The notes under the pieces are model-generated. The model saw only the letters and a list, made by a program, of their open reading frames with translations, did not search any database and was not told the DNA's origin. Positions 9,121 through 18,486 of a stretch of DNA of 58,405 nucleotides are shown here, piece after piece. This DNA comes from an uncultured Candidatus Berkelbacteria bacterium (GTDB taxonomy: Bacteria > Patescibacteriota > UBA1384 > CAJBMM01), in the NCBI GenBank assembly GCA_903954185.1, contig CAJBMM010000017.1:1-58405 (forward strand), in the 5' to 3' direction. Made by a program: the position numbers and the translations under genes. Each line of letters starts with the position of its first letter. Within the stretch, counting starts at the first letter, position 1.

Positions 9121-10042
9121 TCATTCTGCATTTGCTTGCAATCTCATCCGCCATCTTCCCATACCCAGGCCGCTTATCAACCGAGTGTAATTTGAGAGTA
9201 TCTTTACTCACCACCAACTCTTTAGAATTTCTAAATTCCGGATCCATCATAATCTTCACCTTACTTACCCAATACGCAACCTTTTCAATAATCGAATTTC
9301 CATAATTCTGCACCTGCAGTGAGCCTGTCGAACCTATTCTGCATTCTGCATTTTGCATTTCTTCTATATGCCCCACCGCGTGTTCTTTCCAATTCGGTAA
9401 GTATCCGTACACCCACAGATTCGCTTTTATAAACTTTTTATAGCCTTCTATCCCGAACAAAGGTACCATTGTTGCCATCCAATAGGCAGCCGTAAATTTA
9501 TCTGTTTGATATTTTTTCACATCTAAATTATCCTCGGATAGCCAATAGCCCAAGCAAGCTTTTCCCTCTTGATTATATTTTGATTTAGCCAGTCCTGCTT
9601 TTTTTAGATAAAACAAGATATTTAACCGAGTTTTGTATAACAGTCCCTTTTTAACAATAATCAAAAAGTCTAAATCCGATTCTTTAGTAATTGTTTGCAT
9701 GACTAAACTATTCATGGCAATCACTGAAATCACCCCGCTTGTACTGACAATAATCTCAGCAATCTTTAACGCCTCTTTCCTACGTTGTCCAAGCAATTTT
9801 TGACGCTGTATTGTTTTCGTCAAACTTTCTTCACTTAACCCATAAACCCGTTCACTCTCATAAATATTAATGGCGCGATCGCGGAATAAATATTTTTTGT
9901 CAGAAGAGAGGCTGTCGGTAAGCTGGGTAATAGTGCATTTTTGGCGCCAGAGCAAACTATGCAATTCGCTAGCATTTAAGGCCCGCCCGAATTGTTCAAA
10001 GTAGGCTAATGTTTTAATAATTGCTTGTCCAATCTCGTTCAT
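9107..10042 (-). CDS. Hypothetical protein, possibly with a nucleotidyltransferase (Pol-beta-like) fold
   Basis: 311 aa. NSLVMQTITKESDLDFLIIV resembles the GS..x..DxD nucleotidyltransferase motif. The assignment is weak. Confidence 0.4.
   Translation of the reverse strand: MNEIGQAIIKTLAYFEQFGRALNASELHSLLWRQKCTITQLTDSLSSDKKYLFRDRAINIYESERVYGLSEESLTKTIQRQKLLGQRRKEALKIAEIIVSTSGVISVIAMNSLVMQTITKESDLDFLIIVKKGLLYKTRLNILFYLKKAGLAKSKYNQEGKACLGYWLSEDNLDVKKYQTDKFTAAYWMATMVPLFGIEGYKKFIKANLWVYGYLPNWKEHAVGHIEEMQNAECRIGSTGSLQVQNYGNSIIEKVAYWVSKVKIMMDPEFRNSKELVVSKDTLKLHSVDKRPGYGKMADEIASKCRMKNAE
9304..9347. repeat. 44-nt direct repeat, copy B (inside the 9107..10042 CDS)
   Basis: aattctgcacctgcagtgagcctgtcgaacctattctgcattct encodes ...ECRIGSTGSLQVQN... 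in frame. Confidence 0.8.
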
Positions 10043-10092
10043 GATAGTAAAATAGACCTTAATAATATAATCTTCAAGAAGAAAGAGGAATT

Positions 10093-10557
10093 ATGTCAGA
10101 AAATATTGGACATGGACCAGATGCTGAAAATTTTGATGCCCCAATGTCAGAAATAGAGCTAAATACTAATGTCTCGATGATCGTACGGGCATTAGCTCGC
10201 GAGTTTGGTATTAAAGACCTGACTAATCATGAATTTTTACGTCTTTATTATTATGCAAAGCAATTTATGAACAATGAGCTAGACCATATGTTAAAGTATA
10301 AAAATGATGAAACGTTATCCAGGGATCAACTGATTTTTAATGTTCTAACTGAATCCTCTGACAAAATATTATATGCATGGTTTAATGATATCTGCGAAAT
10401 AGATTATGCAGATTTAAATAAAATACAAAAGAAATTACGAGCAGGGGAAGCAGATGTAGCAATGCAAAAGTACGTTAATTTACTCAGATCGAATAAAGAA
10501 ACAGGTACTCAAAACAATTTTCTCGAAACAAAACACATACCAAATGCTGAAGAGTAA
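10093..10557 (+). CDS. Hypothetical protein (154 aa)
   Basis: Track ORF with AAGAGGAA upstream. No motif was recognised. Confidence 0.5.
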   Translation: MSENIGHGPDAENFDAPMSEIELNTNVSMIVRALAREFGIKDLTNHEFLRLYYYAKQFMNNELDHMLKYKNDETLSRDQLIFNVLTESSDKILYAWFNDICEIDYADLNKIQKKLRAGEADVAMQKYVNLLRSNKETGTQNNFLETKHIPNAEE

Positions 10558-10588
10558 TATCTACTACAAATTCTTCATTACAATTTTA

Positions 10589-11116
10589 CTATTTAGATCT
10601 AAACATATCCCAAAAACTAGGTTGTTTTTTACGGCTTGATTTTTCTTCAGGGGCAGAGAGTTGCTTAACTTGATCTTTTAGTGTTTCTACTTGATTTTGA
10701 AAATAACCTAATTGGCCAGCCATTTGAAAGTTTTTTTCATTAATGTCTTTAGTCTCTAATCGCATAGCTTCTTTTTCTTTACGCAGTTCTTCTAGTTCTT
10801 TTTCTAACACTTCTATAGCGTGTGCGACATTGGAGTCTGTAATAACGGTATTAGTAACGGTACTAGATGGGGTATCTTTGACACTCTTTTCTTTTACGGT
10901 ATCTGATACTCTTTCTCCAGTGTGTGCAGGAGTGTCTTTAAGAGACTTCTTTAAAGCCTCTAATTCTGTGCGACTTAAACGAATTTCTTGACCATTAAAA
11001 CCCTCTACGTACTCTTTAGTAAGACGCCCACTGCGAATGTATGATCTTACTGTAGCAGCTTTCTTGCCCAAAATGAGCATAGCCTCTCTCAGAGACACAT
11101 CGTATTTATCGGACAT
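10589..11116 (-). CDS. Helix-turn-helix (excisionase/MerR-like) plus coiled-coil protein
   Basis: The N-terminal VSLREAMLILGKKAATVRSYIRSGRL looks like an HTH. The C-terminal half is heptad-like and E/K/L-rich. Confidence 0.5.
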   Translation of the reverse strand: MSDKYDVSLREAMLILGKKAATVRSYIRSGRLTKEYVEGFNGQEIRLSRTELEALKKSLKDTPAHTGERVSDTVKEKSVKDTPSSTVTNTVITDSNVAHAIEVLEKELEELRKEKEAMRLETKDINEKNFQMAGQLGYFQNQVETLKDQVKQLSAPEEKSSRKKQPSFWDMFRSK

Positions 11117-11163
11117 AATAGACCTCCAACGTTACCCTATTTGCTACCCCTCTATATACCCTG

Positions 11164-11192
11164 ATAGTAGAGGGTTGTTAATAGGTTGTCAA
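11164..11192 (-). promoter_or_regulatory. Sigma-70-like promoter for the 10589..11116 gene
   Basis: On the minus strand, TTGACA (11192-11187), a 17-nt spacer, then TACTAT (11169-11164). Confidence 0.45.
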
Positions 11193-11216
11193 TAGGGGTA
11201 TATAAAAGAGTACCTT

Positions 11217-11250
11217 ACTTAAGTTACTTAAGTATCTTAAGTGACTTAGT
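11217..11250. repeat. Array of ACTTAAGT palindromes (3.5 copies)
   Basis: The sequence is ACTTAAGT-t-ACTTAAGT-at-CTTAAGT-g-ACTTAGT. A near-identical array occurs at 15610-15635. Confidence 0.7.
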
Positions 11251-11254
11251 TCTA

Positions 11255-13105
11255 TTATGGAGTTGCGCTTAGTGTTGGCGTTGCGTCAGCGGGCTTAGCA
11301 GTTCCACGTAGATACTTGGCTTGCCATGGCACATATTTGCTCACAAATGTCTGCTTGTTCATAACCGAGCCATCACTCTTAAACACAGTGTAAATAAATG
11401 AGGCACTAGCCCCAGGGTGGGCACTCTCTATCTTTTTTGTAGTACCCTCTGGCAGAGTATCTGTATCAGTGTATTCTGCGTCCGGAGGATTTACCACATC
11501 GTAAACTGAAGGGCTGGGAATGTTCACTGTTCTACCATCTTTTTTCCCAAATATTTCGAACGTAATTTTAGTGCCCACAACAGACGATTGCACTAATATA
11601 CTGTTTGTATAAGTGTTAACAAATTTAAAATCTGGACTACCCTCATATATTGTGGCGTCCATACCAACTGGTGGTTCATAGTAACTAACGCGATAACGAT
11701 GATTTTGTCGTTCAGTAATTTTTAAACCAGAGTTCATAGCAGCCCTAAACAGGGTGGTGGAAACTTGGCACAATCCCCCACCGTATTCCGGAACTGTCTT
11801 GTTAACTTTTATCACCAGCTCTGGTAAGTATCCTGTAGACTGATCTATCTTGCCCAAATTTTTTAGTGTCGAAAATTCTTCACCAGGTTTAATAATAATC
11901 CCACTTAATGCATTAGCCCCTACCGTAATGTTGTGCTTTCGATTGTCTGGGCTACCGACAAAAGTTGTATTTGCAATTCCAACCTGTTCAATGATGCCAA
12001 AAGACGATAGATTAGCTTCGGTAACATCAGGTTTTGTTACTTTTATAATAGCAATAACAGAAATTGTTTTATCGTTAGATTGGTTGACAACAAAACTTTG
12101 AACCGCATCTTTAATTTTGCTTGCCGTTACAGATCCATCTAAGGCTTTACCATCGCTTCCAGAGCCATTAATGCTCAATTTACCATCTGTCATCACCAAA
12201 CGAGCTTCTACGGGCCCCTGATTCAAATCAGCCGATATTATATTTAACCAATCTTGTACCATAGTCGCGCTAACTCCAGCGTATAGTTTACCATCGATTA
12301 AACTTGATCCTATCCAACTATCCAGGGTATTTTGATCGGGCGATGCTTCTTTATTCTCAAAATTCAATACGATTTTAGTTTTTCGCAGCTTTTCTGCTTG
12401 AGCAAGAGCGTCTTTTGCATCTCCAGATGTAATTATTGGTTTAGCTACATATCTTTCAAAGCCAATTTTGCTGTTACTGTTATTTTTAAAAGCTTCAACT
12501 AAACTATATTTTATCTCATCTTTGTTTACGCGATTCCCATCAGATGCACTGGTCTCTACAGCCTTGCCCTTAGCAATCTTAACGCCCGCGTTAATTTCCG
12601 GCTGATCGACTAATGCAGCGAACTTTTCAACTAATATATCTAGTTTTTCTTGATTATAAGTTAGCACTAATTGTAGTTTCGTATCGCTAAAAGGCTGTCT
12701 AACATAGTCCCACACAGAAGATATAAAGCTATCGCGACGACCATAATCGTAAGCAGCGGCAGCACTAGCTTTAGAATCCACCACCAAATCGAAATCAGCT
12801 GCATGAACGTCCATGGTTTTATCAGAAGCAGAAATAGTTAACGGTGTAGAATATGATTCCTGCACCTTATCACTGATATATTGAGCAGAATTTGGTAAAT
12901 TCTTACCACTGACATTTATCCCCGCAACAGTAATATGCGGTAGTGTTTGCTGTGAATAGGCGTACGAATAAGTAGAAATAGACATTATTAATAAAAACAA
13001 AAGCACAAGTCCACCAATTATAATGGCTTTCCTGTGCTTTTTTAATACCGTATTTTCAACAGAAGATTTTGCCTTTTTACTTTTTTTTACGACTTCTGCT
13101 GGCAT
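11255..13105 (-). CDS. VanW-family protein with an N-terminal TM anchor and a C-terminal G5-like region
   Basis: GGGLCQVSTTLFRAAMNSGLKITERQNHRYRVSYYEP...GMDATIY is the VanW core. The N-terminal segment AIIIGGLVLLFLLIMSI is hydrophobic. Confidence 0.8.
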   Translation of the reverse strand: MPAEVVKKSKKAKSSVENTVLKKHRKAIIIGGLVLLFLLIMSISTYSYAYSQQTLPHITVAGINVSGKNLPNSAQYISDKVQESYSTPLTISASDKTMDVHAADFDLVVDSKASAAAAYDYGRRDSFISSVWDYVRQPFSDTKLQLVLTYNQEKLDILVEKFAALVDQPEINAGVKIAKGKAVETSASDGNRVNKDEIKYSLVEAFKNNSNSKIGFERYVAKPIITSGDAKDALAQAEKLRKTKIVLNFENKEASPDQNTLDSWIGSSLIDGKLYAGVSATMVQDWLNIISADLNQGPVEARLVMTDGKLSINGSGSDGKALDGSVTASKIKDAVQSFVVNQSNDKTISVIAIIKVTKPDVTEANLSSFGIIEQVGIANTTFVGSPDNRKHNITVGANALSGIIIKPGEEFSTLKNLGKIDQSTGYLPELVIKVNKTVPEYGGGLCQVSTTLFRAAMNSGLKITERQNHRYRVSYYEPPVGMDATIYEGSPDFKFVNTYTNSILVQSSVVGTKITFEIFGKKDGRTVNIPSPSVYDVVNPPDAEYTDTDTLPEGTTKKIESAHPGASASFIYTVFKSDGSVMNKQTFVSKYVPWQAKYLRGTAKPADATPTLSATP

Positions 13106-13120
13106 ATTATCTCTCTCTAA

Positions 13121-13339
13121 CTATTTTTCTTTTAGCAGTTCTTGTAGAACATCCCTAGCGTTATTATGTTGGTTCAGCTCGTACTCTGTTTTGGTATTTA
13201 ACGTAAGTATCAACTGATCGCCAATTGCCACACCGTCAGGAACCATCGACGCAGGCAACGTAATATTTAATGATTCATCTAGCAATATTACATTATCTTT
13301 ATCTAATTGGTCAATTTTTAAGCGCCAATTTTTGTTCAT
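13121..13339 (-). CDS. Small hypothetical protein (72 aa, DUF3006-like?)
   Basis: Its start overlaps the hppA stop (TAATG), and it ends 16 nt before the VanW start. Confidence 0.45.
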   Translation of the reverse strand: MNKNWRLKIDQLDKDNVILLDESLNITLPASMVPDGVAIGDQLILTLNTKTEYELNQHNNARDVLQELLKEK

Positions 13340-15465
13340 TATTGTACTAAAGATGTTTCTTTTGGTCGTCTAACATACCAAATAACTAGTACAATGGCTA
13401 CAACCACAGCAAAGGTTATCCATTTGGTTGTGAGTGATAATACATTTTCGGTCATCAGCGAAATAATCAGTAAAGCAACAATGTTAACTACTTTTATCAT
13501 TGGATTGATAGCGGGACCAGCAGTATCTTTATATGGATCGCCAACAGTATCACCAGTAACAGCTGCTTGATGTGCAAAGCTACCTTTACCACCAAAGTTT
13601 CCAGATTCAATATACTTTTTGGCATTGTCCCAAGCGCCACCGCCAGAAGTCATAGAGATGGCAACAAAGATACCCGTAACAATTGAGCCAACTAATAACC
13701 CACCCAAGGCTGATGCGCCAAGTAATAATCCCACTAAAATTGTGGCAAAAATTGGGATAATGGCAGGCAAAATCATCTCTTTAATTGCAGCTTTGGTCAC
13801 AATATCTACACAAGCTCGGTAATCGGGTTTTTCTGTGCCTTTCATAATACCTTTATATAACTTAAACTGACGTCTAACTTCTTCTACAACTGCAGCGCCC
13901 GCTTTGCCAACAGCTTCCATAGAAAGAGCGGCAAAATAGTAAGGTAAAAGACCACCAATAAATAATCCAACTAGCACTTTTGGATCTGATAACGAAAAGG
14001 TTAATTCGGTGCCGGTTATATTCTTTAAATCTGCAACATAAGAAGCAAATAAAACAATTGCGGCAAGCCCAGCGGATCCGATAGCATATCCCTTAGTAAC
14101 AGCTTTAGTAGTGTTTCCAACAGCATCTAATTGATCGGTAACCGTGCGAATAGCAGCAGGTAACTCGGCCATTTCGGCAATTCCACCGGCGTTATCGGTA
14201 ATTGGACCGTAGGCATCAATGGCAACAATCATACCAGTAAGCGAAAGCATGGCTACAACGGCAATTGCTACTCCGTAAACACCCGCTAAATAATACGAAC
14301 TTAAAATTGCAGCACAAATAATTAAAACAGGAGCAGCAGTAGAGCGCATAGAAACAGCTAAACCAGTAATCACATTGGTACCGTGACCAGTTTGGGAAGA
14401 AGCTGCGATAGATTTTACTGGTGCATACTTTGTGCTAGTAAAATATTCGGTAATTACTACTAGGAATGCCGTAACACCCAAACCAATCAATGAAGAATAG
14501 AATAAATTAATTGCGGTATAGCTAGATCCGTATGCAGTCATATCACCCATGAATTTTTGGGTAACAAACCAAAATGCAATGGCTGAAAGCACACCCGCAA
14601 CAACCAATCCATTATATAGCGCTCCCATAATGCTTTGATTACGAACCCGACGAACAAAGAATGTTCCGATTATTGAAGTCACAATCGAAACACCACCTAG
14701 TGCCAATGGATAAACCAAAGCGTTTTCGTTCCCTGAAAACAAAATTGAACCTAGCAGCATTACCGCTATTAATGAAACTGCATAAGTTTCGAATAAATCG
14801 GCAGCCATACCAGCACAATCGCCTACATTATCACCTACATTATCGGCAATAACGGCAGGGTTACGTGGATCGTCTTCTGGAATACCAGCTTCTACTTTTC
14901 CCACTAAATCGGCACCGACATCGGCGCCTTTGGTATAAATACCGCCACCCAATCGGGCAAAGATGGATATTAATGAGCCACCAAATCCAAGACCAATTAA
15001 AGCACTGGTATCTTTAAAAATAGCGTAAAATCCGGTTACTGCTAGTAATCCTAAGCCTGCAACCAGCAAACCAGTAACACTGCCGCCCTGAAAAGCAACG
15101 CGTAATGCAGCATTCAAACCGTTTTTGGCAGCCTCGGCTGTACGTACGTTAGCTCTAACCGATACATTCATACCGATAAATCCTGCTAAGGCAGAAAGTG
15201 CAGCGCCAATTAAAAACCCAAGGGCAGTTTTCCAATCTTTCATATATAGCAAAACAACAAATAAAACAGCAGCCACAACCGCAACAGTAGAATACTGTCT
15301 AGTTAAATAAGCCTTTGCCCCTTGCTGGATGGCCAGTGCAATATCTGCCATCTTTTTAGTTCCAACTGGTTTCTTGGTTATAACCATGGTCAATAGTATT
15401 CCATATACTACAGCCAATGCACCGCCACCAAGTGCTAATAAAAGCGCTAATGGATAGTTGTCCAT
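13339..15465 (-). CDS. hppA: Membrane-bound proton/sodium-translocating pyrophosphatase
   Basis: 708 aa and polytopic. It contains [25 protein letters not shown] and [11 protein letters not shown]. Confidence 0.95.
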   Translation of the reverse strand: MDNYPLALLLALGGGALAVVYGILLTMVITKKPVGTKKMADIALAIQQGAKAYLTRQYSTVAVVAAVLFVVLLYMKDWKTALGFLIGAALSALAGFIGMNVSVRANVRTAEAAKNGLNAALRVAFQGGSVTGLLVAGLGLLAVTGFYAIFKDTSALIGLGFGGSLISIFARLGGGIYTKGADVGADLVGKVEAGIPEDDPRNPAVIADNVGDNVGDCAGMAADLFETYAVSLIAVMLLGSILFSGNENALVYPLALGGVSIVTSIIGTFFVRRVRNQSIMGALYNGLVVAGVLSAIAFWFVTQKFMGDMTAYGSSYTAINLFYSSLIGLGVTAFLVVITEYFTSTKYAPVKSIAASSQTGHGTNVITGLAVSMRSTAAPVLIICAAILSSYYLAGVYGVAIAVVAMLSLTGMIVAIDAYGPITDNAGGIAEMAELPAAIRTVTDQLDAVGNTTKAVTKGYAIGSAGLAAIVLFASYVADLKNITGTELTFSLSDPKVLVGLFIGGLLPYYFAALSMEAVGKAGAAVVEEVRRQFKLYKGIMKGTEKPDYRACVDIVTKAAIKEMILPAIIPIFATILVGLLLGASALGGLLVGSIVTGIFVAISMTSGGGAWDNAKKYIESGNFGGKGSFAHQAAVTGDTVGDPYKDTAGPAINPMIKVVNIVALLIISLMTENVLSLTTKWITFAVVVAIVLVIWYVRRPKETSLVQ

Positions 15466-15559
15466 TCTACTTTCCTTTCCTGTTCTGTTAGTTGTTAGTT
15501 TTAGTTGTTAGTTTCCAGCGACGAAACATCGGTTCACTGTTCATTCTTAACTTTTCTAA

Positions 15560-15588
15560 TTAATACAACTTTTTTAGTGAAATATCAA
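15560..15588 (-). promoter_or_regulatory. Sigma-70-like promoter for hppA
   Basis: On the minus strand, TTGATA (15588-15583), a 17-nt spacer, then TATTAA (15565-15560). The 5' UTR would be about 90 nt. Confidence 0.4.
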
Positions 15589-15609
15589 GCTTTTTCACCG
15601 TCCTATGTA

Positions 15610-15635
15610 ACTTAAGTTGCTTAAGTAACTTATAA
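15610..15635. repeat. Array of ACTTAAGT-type palindromes (second locus)
   Basis: The sequence is ACTTAAGT-tg-CTTAAGT-a-ACTTATAA. It overlaps the stop of the 15630..16685 gene. Confidence 0.65.
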
Positions 15636-16685
15636 TTTTTCGTAGAATTTTAACAAGTCACTCGCAGTATTACCCCAGCTCTCAGTGCTCGCCCGCTTGC
15701 GAATTTCTTTAAATAAACACTCTTGCACTGCATCTTGTGATATTAATTCTTCCAATTTGTCTTTTATATCTAGCGGGTCTCCGACTTTATAATAAATAGC
15801 GCATTGATCTAAATATGTACGCATATTCAAAGTATTTGCTGCCAGTATCAAACTGTCGCTAGACATCGCTAACGCGGCAGAAAGTAAAGTGGAACTACCG
15901 CCCCATGGCAGAATACAGTAGTCTGCTTCATTTTGTGCGGCAAAATATGCGATTTCGTCACAATCTTGCATAACCACAATCGCGCTACTCAATCGAGCAT
16001 AATTTTCGGATAGCAATTTAACAATCGCACTTAATTTACTAGTAGAAGCAATAGTCAGTCGGAGAGACTTATTCCTAGCATGCAAAATGGCAAATGCTTC
16101 TATTAAAGTGAGAAGATATTGATAATCGTATTCACCATTTTCACATCCACAAAATAGATGGGTTATAAATTCATCATTGATAACTAAATCAGCAGTATTA
16201 TTTACTAGATTGTCGTCTATTCCGAGTGTGATGCCAAAAATTAATTGCCGATTATTCTTTCTCTTTAGCCTATTTTCTAACAAAATATTGGTGGCAATAA
16301 TGGGGTAGCCAGAGTCTAGAGCGTGATGATAATTTAAATATTCTTGACCTATTTGCCCACTCTTATATAAAGAATGAAGCGTAAATAAAGCTTTTTGGCG
16401 ATAACTTCTGGGATGATTTATGCTTAGAAAGTGCACCAAATCGTACTTTTCATTTTTTAATATTTTGCCAAATTCTACCTGCTCAGCTACGCTTTTTGGC
16501 TTAATATCAGTCTCAATTATTTTAATACTGTAATCTTTGGGATTATAAATATTTTTGGGTACATAAACAGTGATATCATGATCAGAATTTTTAGAAGCCA
16601 TCAGCGCTTCAACCAAATTCTTAGCAAAGTACTGTTCTATACCAAATTTTTCCCCGATCACCCGGGCATCTATAGCAATTTTCAT
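15630..16685 (-). CDS. GT-B-fold glycosyltransferase-like protein
   Basis: The N-terminus MKIAIDARVIGEKFGIEQY is typical of GT4. The C-terminal motif is degenerate. Confidence 0.45.
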   Translation of the reverse strand: MKIAIDARVIGEKFGIEQYFAKNLVEALMASKNSDHDITVYVPKNIYNPKDYSIKIIETDIKPKSVAEQVEFGKILKNEKYDLVHFLSINHPRSYRQKALFTLHSLYKSGQIGQEYLNYHHALDSGYPIIATNILLENRLKRKNNRQLIFGITLGIDDNLVNNTADLVINDEFITHLFCGCENGEYDYQYLLTLIEAFAILHARNKSLRLTIASTSKLSAIVKLLSENYARLSSAIVVMQDCDEIAYFAAQNEADYCILPWGGSSTLLSAALAMSSDSLILAANTLNMRTYLDQCAIYYKVGDPLDIKDKLEELISQDAVQECLFKEIRKRASTESWGNTASDLLKFYEKL

Positions 16686-16740
16686 ATGACTCCATAATAA
16701 TCAAAGATCAAAGAACGAAGATCAAAATTGTGGAATATCC

Positions 16741-16877
16741 TTATTATAATGACTAAATCCGAGTGACTAATGACTAATCAATTTCGAAATTCAAAATTAG
16801 AATTTGATTCTAAATTCGTCGCCCTTCGGTTGTAGTCGCTCATGAAATTCGCAACCATCATTTATCATTCATAATTT
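16741..16877. repeat. ~140-nt MITE-like repeat (family A), copy 1
   Basis: The termini attataatgactaaat and atcatttatcattcataat are inverted-repeat-like. Its reverse complement aligns in two blocks with 22276-22610, for example aaatgatggttgYgaatttYatga...actacaRccgaagg and ttagtcattag...ggatttagtcatt. Confidence 0.65.
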
Positions 16878-16985
16878 ACTTCTATTCCAGCTCACCCCAA
16901 ACTTACCGCATCAAGAAACAAGAAGCAAGTAGGCATGTTAGGTAGTAGGTTTTAGAGGCTAATAAGATTCTGACCGTCCAATCAA

Positions 16986-18185
16986 TCAGACGTTAAGACG
17001 ATCTTTCGCTTTAACCATCGCTAATGCGGTAACAAACCAAATTATTAAGTCGTTTTTAAAGATGGTTAGGTCTATCATACCGTGTATTAAAATAGTTAAG
17101 ATCAAAACCGCACCTAGTATTGCCAGCGGGCTTTTTGTCCCCAAAGTTGACTTATGTAGCCAATAAATAAAATTAACAAAACCCAAAAAGCCCAATAATC
17201 CAAAAGATAACCAGATGTATAAAATAATATTATGTGGGTGAACCGCATATGGCGTTATATATTCGTCATAATTTGGCTGGTGAAGAGTATATTCTGCAAA
17301 TTTATTGTGAAAATTCCCGAGTCCAACCCCTAAAAACCAATTATACTGCACTAGTTCCCAACTCTTTTGCCAAATATTTACCCGAATATCCATATTATCT
17401 GGATTTTGTTTAGCCAATATTGAATAGACAATAGGATTAGAAATTAAGAATGTACCAGCTACAATTATATGTGCCCATACTCGCTGACGTTTTATCCAGA
17501 GAATATAAACAAATAACCCAACAATTAGGGCAATAAAGCCACCGCGCGATTTTGTTTCATACAAACCCAAAGCCGTAATAATAAATATTAAAAAGTTTAG
17601 CCAATCTATTTTATCTGGTTTTGCGTTATCTAAGCTACGCGATTGTAGCTGCCAACAAATGATTAAAGCCGGAACCAAAATCATGGCTGCCGCATTTGGT
17701 GAATTAAATAAACTTACTGCACGCCCAGTATTTAAGTATTGCCCTAAATCTGGATATTGGTTAATCCACCACTGCTGCACAGCCGGAATTTGCTGGGCAA
17801 TGGCGACTATTGCAACTAATACACCCTGATAAGCCATCGCTTTTAGCATTATTTTGACATTGCTCTCGGAATCTAAGGCATTCTTAAGCATCCAATAGAC
17901 TAAAATGGCTGGCACTATCCAACCCTTAATAATGCCTAAGGCATCGCGCTTTTGCGGAGAAACAATAAGACTTATCAGACTTATAAGCCCTATTAGCCCT
18001 ATCGACAACTTTTCTGACTTGGATAATTTACGCCAACCAGGATTATAAATTACAGCTGCAATGGCGCATAAATAAATTAGTACTTCAAAAACATTGGTTG
18101 GCAAACCCGCTACATTAAATTTAATTAAATAGAGGATAGAAAGCCCGGGCAGCAATAGAATTAGATATTTGATGTATTTATTCAT
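16986..18185 (-). CDS. O-antigen ligase/polymerase-like (Wzy_C) polytopic membrane protein
   Basis: YETKSRGGFIALIVGLFV is a Wzy_C-type loop, and there are many TM segments. I prefer ATG 18185 (MNKYIKY) to the track's TTG 18221. Confidence 0.7.
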   Translation of the reverse strand: MNKYIKYLILLLPGLSILYLIKFNVAGLPTNVFEVLIYLCAIAAVIYNPGWRKLSKSEKLSIGLIGLISLISLIVSPQKRDALGIIKGWIVPAILVYWMLKNALDSESNVKIMLKAMAYQGVLVAIVAIAQQIPAVQQWWINQYPDLGQYLNTGRAVSLFNSPNAAAMILVPALIICWQLQSRSLDNAKPDKIDWLNFLIFIITALGLYETKSRGGFIALIVGLFVYILWIKRQRVWAHIIVAGTFLISNPIVYSILAKQNPDNMDIRVNIWQKSWELVQYNWFLGVGLGNFHNKFAEYTLHQPNYDEYITPYAVHPHNIILYIWLSFGLLGFLGFVNFIYWLHKSTLGTKSPLAILGAVLILTILIHGMIDLTIFKNDLIIWFVTALAMVKAKDRLNV

Positions 18186-18229
18186 AATAATCCATAAGAT
18201 TAGATGATTGAACGCGCGCAACTTCTATC

Positions 18230-18305
18230 CTGTCATCTCGAACTCGGTGAGAGATCTCGCTTTGATCGATACTGACGGGATTTCTCGCCAAACTCGAAAT
18301 GACAG
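18230..18305. repeat. Long hairpin repeat of the gtcatYtcgaR...cgaaatgac family (family C)
   Basis: The arms ctgtcatctcgaactcggtgagagatc and gatttctcgccaaactcgaaatgacag are imperfectly complementary over 27 nt. Confidence 0.7.
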
Positions 18306-18465
18306 CTTGTCTTAGTCAGGGTTAGGTGGGGGCGATTGCGAGCGGTTCGGCCATTGGCCTACTTATGCTCTTTGCAGTTCGCCCCCCAGGCATGACGAGA
18401 ATACTTAAGCCCAGTGTGCCCTATTCGGACTCGCTTTCGCTGGCTCACCCCGTCAACTTTCAACA
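18306..18465 (-). ncRNA. Candidate structured RNA of unknown family (or the leader of the downstream Wzy-like gene)
   Basis: It is a GC-rich block in an AT-rich intergenic region. It lies immediately downstream of an extended -10 promoter (TGCTATAAT, 18479-18471). The closing pairing is GGGGUG(AGC)...(GCU)CGCAAUCGCCCC, with internal hairpins such as GGCCAAUGGCC. Confidence 0.4.
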
Positions 18466-18470
18466 GCTAA

Positions 18471-18479
18471 ATTATAGCA
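18471..18479 (-). promoter_or_regulatory. Extended -10 promoter element TGCTATAAT
   Basis: It reads TGCTATAAT on the minus strand, 8 nt after the TrmB-like stop codon. Confidence 0.45.
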
Positions 18480-18486
18480 CAAACAT

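Noticed and set aside
18306-18465. Calling the GC-rich RNA candidate RNase P RNA (rnpB)
   Set aside because: Only short collinear resemblances are present (AUAGGGCA, GCCUGGGGGG, CAAUGGCC). The universal GAGGAAAGUCC is disrupted and the ACAGAA..GGCUUA P4 strand is absent. Only about 150 nt are available, against at least 300 nt for bacterial RNase P RNA.
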